A DNA stretch of 64,000 bases. Origin: Octopus sinensis (taxonomy: Eukaryota). The stretch is from assembly GCF_006345805.1 (NCBI RefSeq), contig NC_043021.1, positions 8,060,001 to 8,124,000 on the forward strand, given 5' to 3'. Of this stretch, positions 61,861-64,000 are shown piece after piece. Under the pieces are notes generated by a model that worked only from the letters and a program-made list of their open reading frames with translations, searched no databases and was not told the origin of the DNA. Position numbers and translations under genes: made by a program. Within the stretch, counting starts at the first letter, position 1, and every line of letters begins with the position of its first letter.

Positions 61861-63079
61861 GAATACATACGAGTTGCAGCCAGTTTTTCAAGCTGAGAGG
61901 ATGTAAACTCTGCTTGACTTTTTCCTCTTTCTCCTCTCATTTTCTCTGTCCCCTGATGAAGAATTGAATCCGAAACGTCAGATATTCCACTCCTCATGGC
62001 AAGTTCACTGTACCCCTTTCACTTTTTCTATATTTTTTCAAGTCTTGCTGACACAGAGTTACTAGATTATTGCCTGATTAAAAGAATATATATATGTATG
62101 TAGAAGATGTGTAAGGTTTTTAAGGACACCTTTTTCATAAACTCTCAATTTCTTCTAACCTATCTTTTTTAATTTACTTTTCAGATAAACCATCATCATC
62201 ATCATCTAACGTGCGCTTTCCATGCTGGTATGGGTTAGATGGTTTGACTGAAAACTGGTAAGCTGGGGTGGGGCTGCACCAGGTTCTGATCTGATTTGGC
62301 AAGGTTTCTATGACAGGATGCCCTTCCTAATGCCAACCACTCCGAGAATGTAGTGGGTGTTTTTTACATGCAACCAGCATGGGTGCCAATGACCTGACAC
62401 CAGCATCAACCACAACTATGGTCTCACTTGGCTTGACAGATCTACACAAGCTCAGTATATCGCCAAGGGTCTTAGTCATCTGTTACTGCCTCCATGAGGC
62501 CCAATGCTCAAACAGTGCTTTTTACGTGCCACTGGCATGGGTGCCAGTCAGACAGCACTGACATCAGCCATGACTATGAATTCACTCGATTCAACAAGTC
62601 TTCACAAACACAGCATATTGCCCAACGATTGAAGGGTGCTTTCAACAGGCCAGTTAAGTGACACTAGCATTGGCCACAACTACGATCTTACTTGGCTTGA
62701 CACCATAGCCTTTTTGAGACCCAACACTCAAACGGTACCTTTTATGTGCCACCAACATGGGTGCAAGTCAGACAGCACTGGCATTGGCCACGACTACGAT
62801 TTCACTCAGTTCAACTGGTCTTTACAAGCATAGCATATTGCCCAATGATTGAAGAATCCCAGATATCAGGTTGACACAGCAAATGAAAAGGCATGCTGTA
62901 ATGATTGCCTTAAAAGAGACCTTTTGTTACCAACAAAAGTAGAAGCTCTCTGAACTTTGCCCAACCTATTCATATTCTAGCACTTTGCCCAGCCTACACA
63001 CAAATATTGCTTAGAAACAAATAAGAGTTGGCAATAGGAAGGACATTTGGCCATATAAAAGATACAGAGATAGCTCGCT

Positions 63080-63445
63080 CCCTGAAAGTGGCTTGATCCT
63101 TCATAGTCAAAGTTTGTAAGAAGCTGGAAGCTGCTAAATGCAAAGTGCATGCCCAGGGTCCTAATACAATCAGATCACATAACTTTGTACAAAATGTCCA
63201 AGAAATAATCTATAAAACCTTGGAAAGTCAATCAGAGCCATTGCAAAGGACCTCAAAGTCTCAGAATGCACTATCGGAAGAGTTACTTTGAGGGCATCTG
63301 GTACAAGTTGTATGTAATGCAGAGGGATCAGTTTATGTCAGATGTGACAATAGAGAATCATTTGCTCTGGGTAAAGCACTTGCTAAACAAGTTAAAACAT
63401 CAAGAACCTGGAATGCTTTGGTTTTTCTCTGATGAGAAAAACTTA
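63080..63445 (+). mobile_element. degenerate Tc1/mariner (maT/DD37D-like) transposase fragment
   Basis: Frameshifted KSIRAIAKDLKVSECTIGRV...KHLLNKLKHQEPGMLWFFSDEKN (HTH plus first catalytic D motif). Confidence 0.7.
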
Positions 63446-63781
63446 ATTGTACACGTATCCCTGAAATGCTTAGCCGCTTACAAGCTAATTCAATGAACTA
63501 GTAATTCAGATGATCTAACAACTGAGTAATCATTGTCGAAAACAGCTGGAGTTTCACTTTTACTTTTTATATGAATGCATGCATGTCGTGGCGTTCTATC
63601 TGCACTTGTTTTTACTTTACGGACAAATCGAAAAAAAAAAAGGAAAAAAATCTCAATAATTCTCAGAATATTGCATAGCATTCTCTGAACGCAGCAATTT
63701 TTACTTTTAAACCCCACCGTTCTTCTCTAATTTGTAGTATAATTGTATGCGCTCCATGCGTTAAATGCTCGATCATAGCAT

Positions 63782-64000
63782 ACCTATTTCTTTATTACCC
63801 ACAAGGGGCTAAACATAGATGGAACAAACAAGGACAGACATAGGTATTAAGTCGATTACATCGACCCCAGTGCGTAACTGGTACTTAATTTATCGACCCC
63901 GAAAGAATGAAAGGCAAAGTCGACCTCGGCGGAATTTGAACTCACAGCGTAACGACAGACGAAATACGGCTACGCATTTCGCCCGGCGTGCTAACGTTTC
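63782..64000 (-). mobile_element. SINE B (cut by window edge)
   Basis: Family homology. Further copies at about 17560-17780, 18845-19060, 33350-33560, 34020-34230 and 46520-46690. Confidence 0.88.

Overview
AT-rich eukaryotic (animal) genomic DNA. The repeat landscape (several tRNA-headed SINE families, (TA)n/(CA)n tracts, mariner and MITE remnants) suggests an octopus or other coleoid cephalopod; that species call is inference from remembered repeat families. The window holds one protein-coding gene, a Bin3/MEPCE-type 7SK/U6 methylphosphate capping enzyme on the + strand. Its 5' end lies outside the window. The four coding exons (<2-688, 38384-38602, 40612-40735, 43673-44490) join in frame through GT-AG introns, and intron 1 is 37.7 kb. 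Downstream are an intact initiator tRNA-Met gene, a decayed tRNA-Ala(AGC), a short U6 snRNA fragment, a frameshifted zinc-knuckle LINE ORF1 with no visible ORF2, and CR1 and Tc1/mariner relics. Almost all other ORFs in the track are microsatellite, SINE or antisense artefacts. The most interesting observations are five. (1) A SINE appears to have carried about 470 bp of 3' flank, including a U6 fragment, into the site just downstream of MEPCE; one substitution in that fragment creates the first canonical AATAAA after the stop codon. (2) A piggyBac-type MITE is amplified into a 169-bp tandem array beside an inverted copy. (3) A 600-bp fold-back element abuts the last splice acceptor. (4) Near-perfect hairpins sit inside TA tracts. 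(5) Several SINE dimers are bounded by single target-site duplications (TSDs). No prokaryotic systems or CRISPR arrays are present. TE boundaries not anchored by a TSD or terminal inverted repeat (TIR) are approximate.
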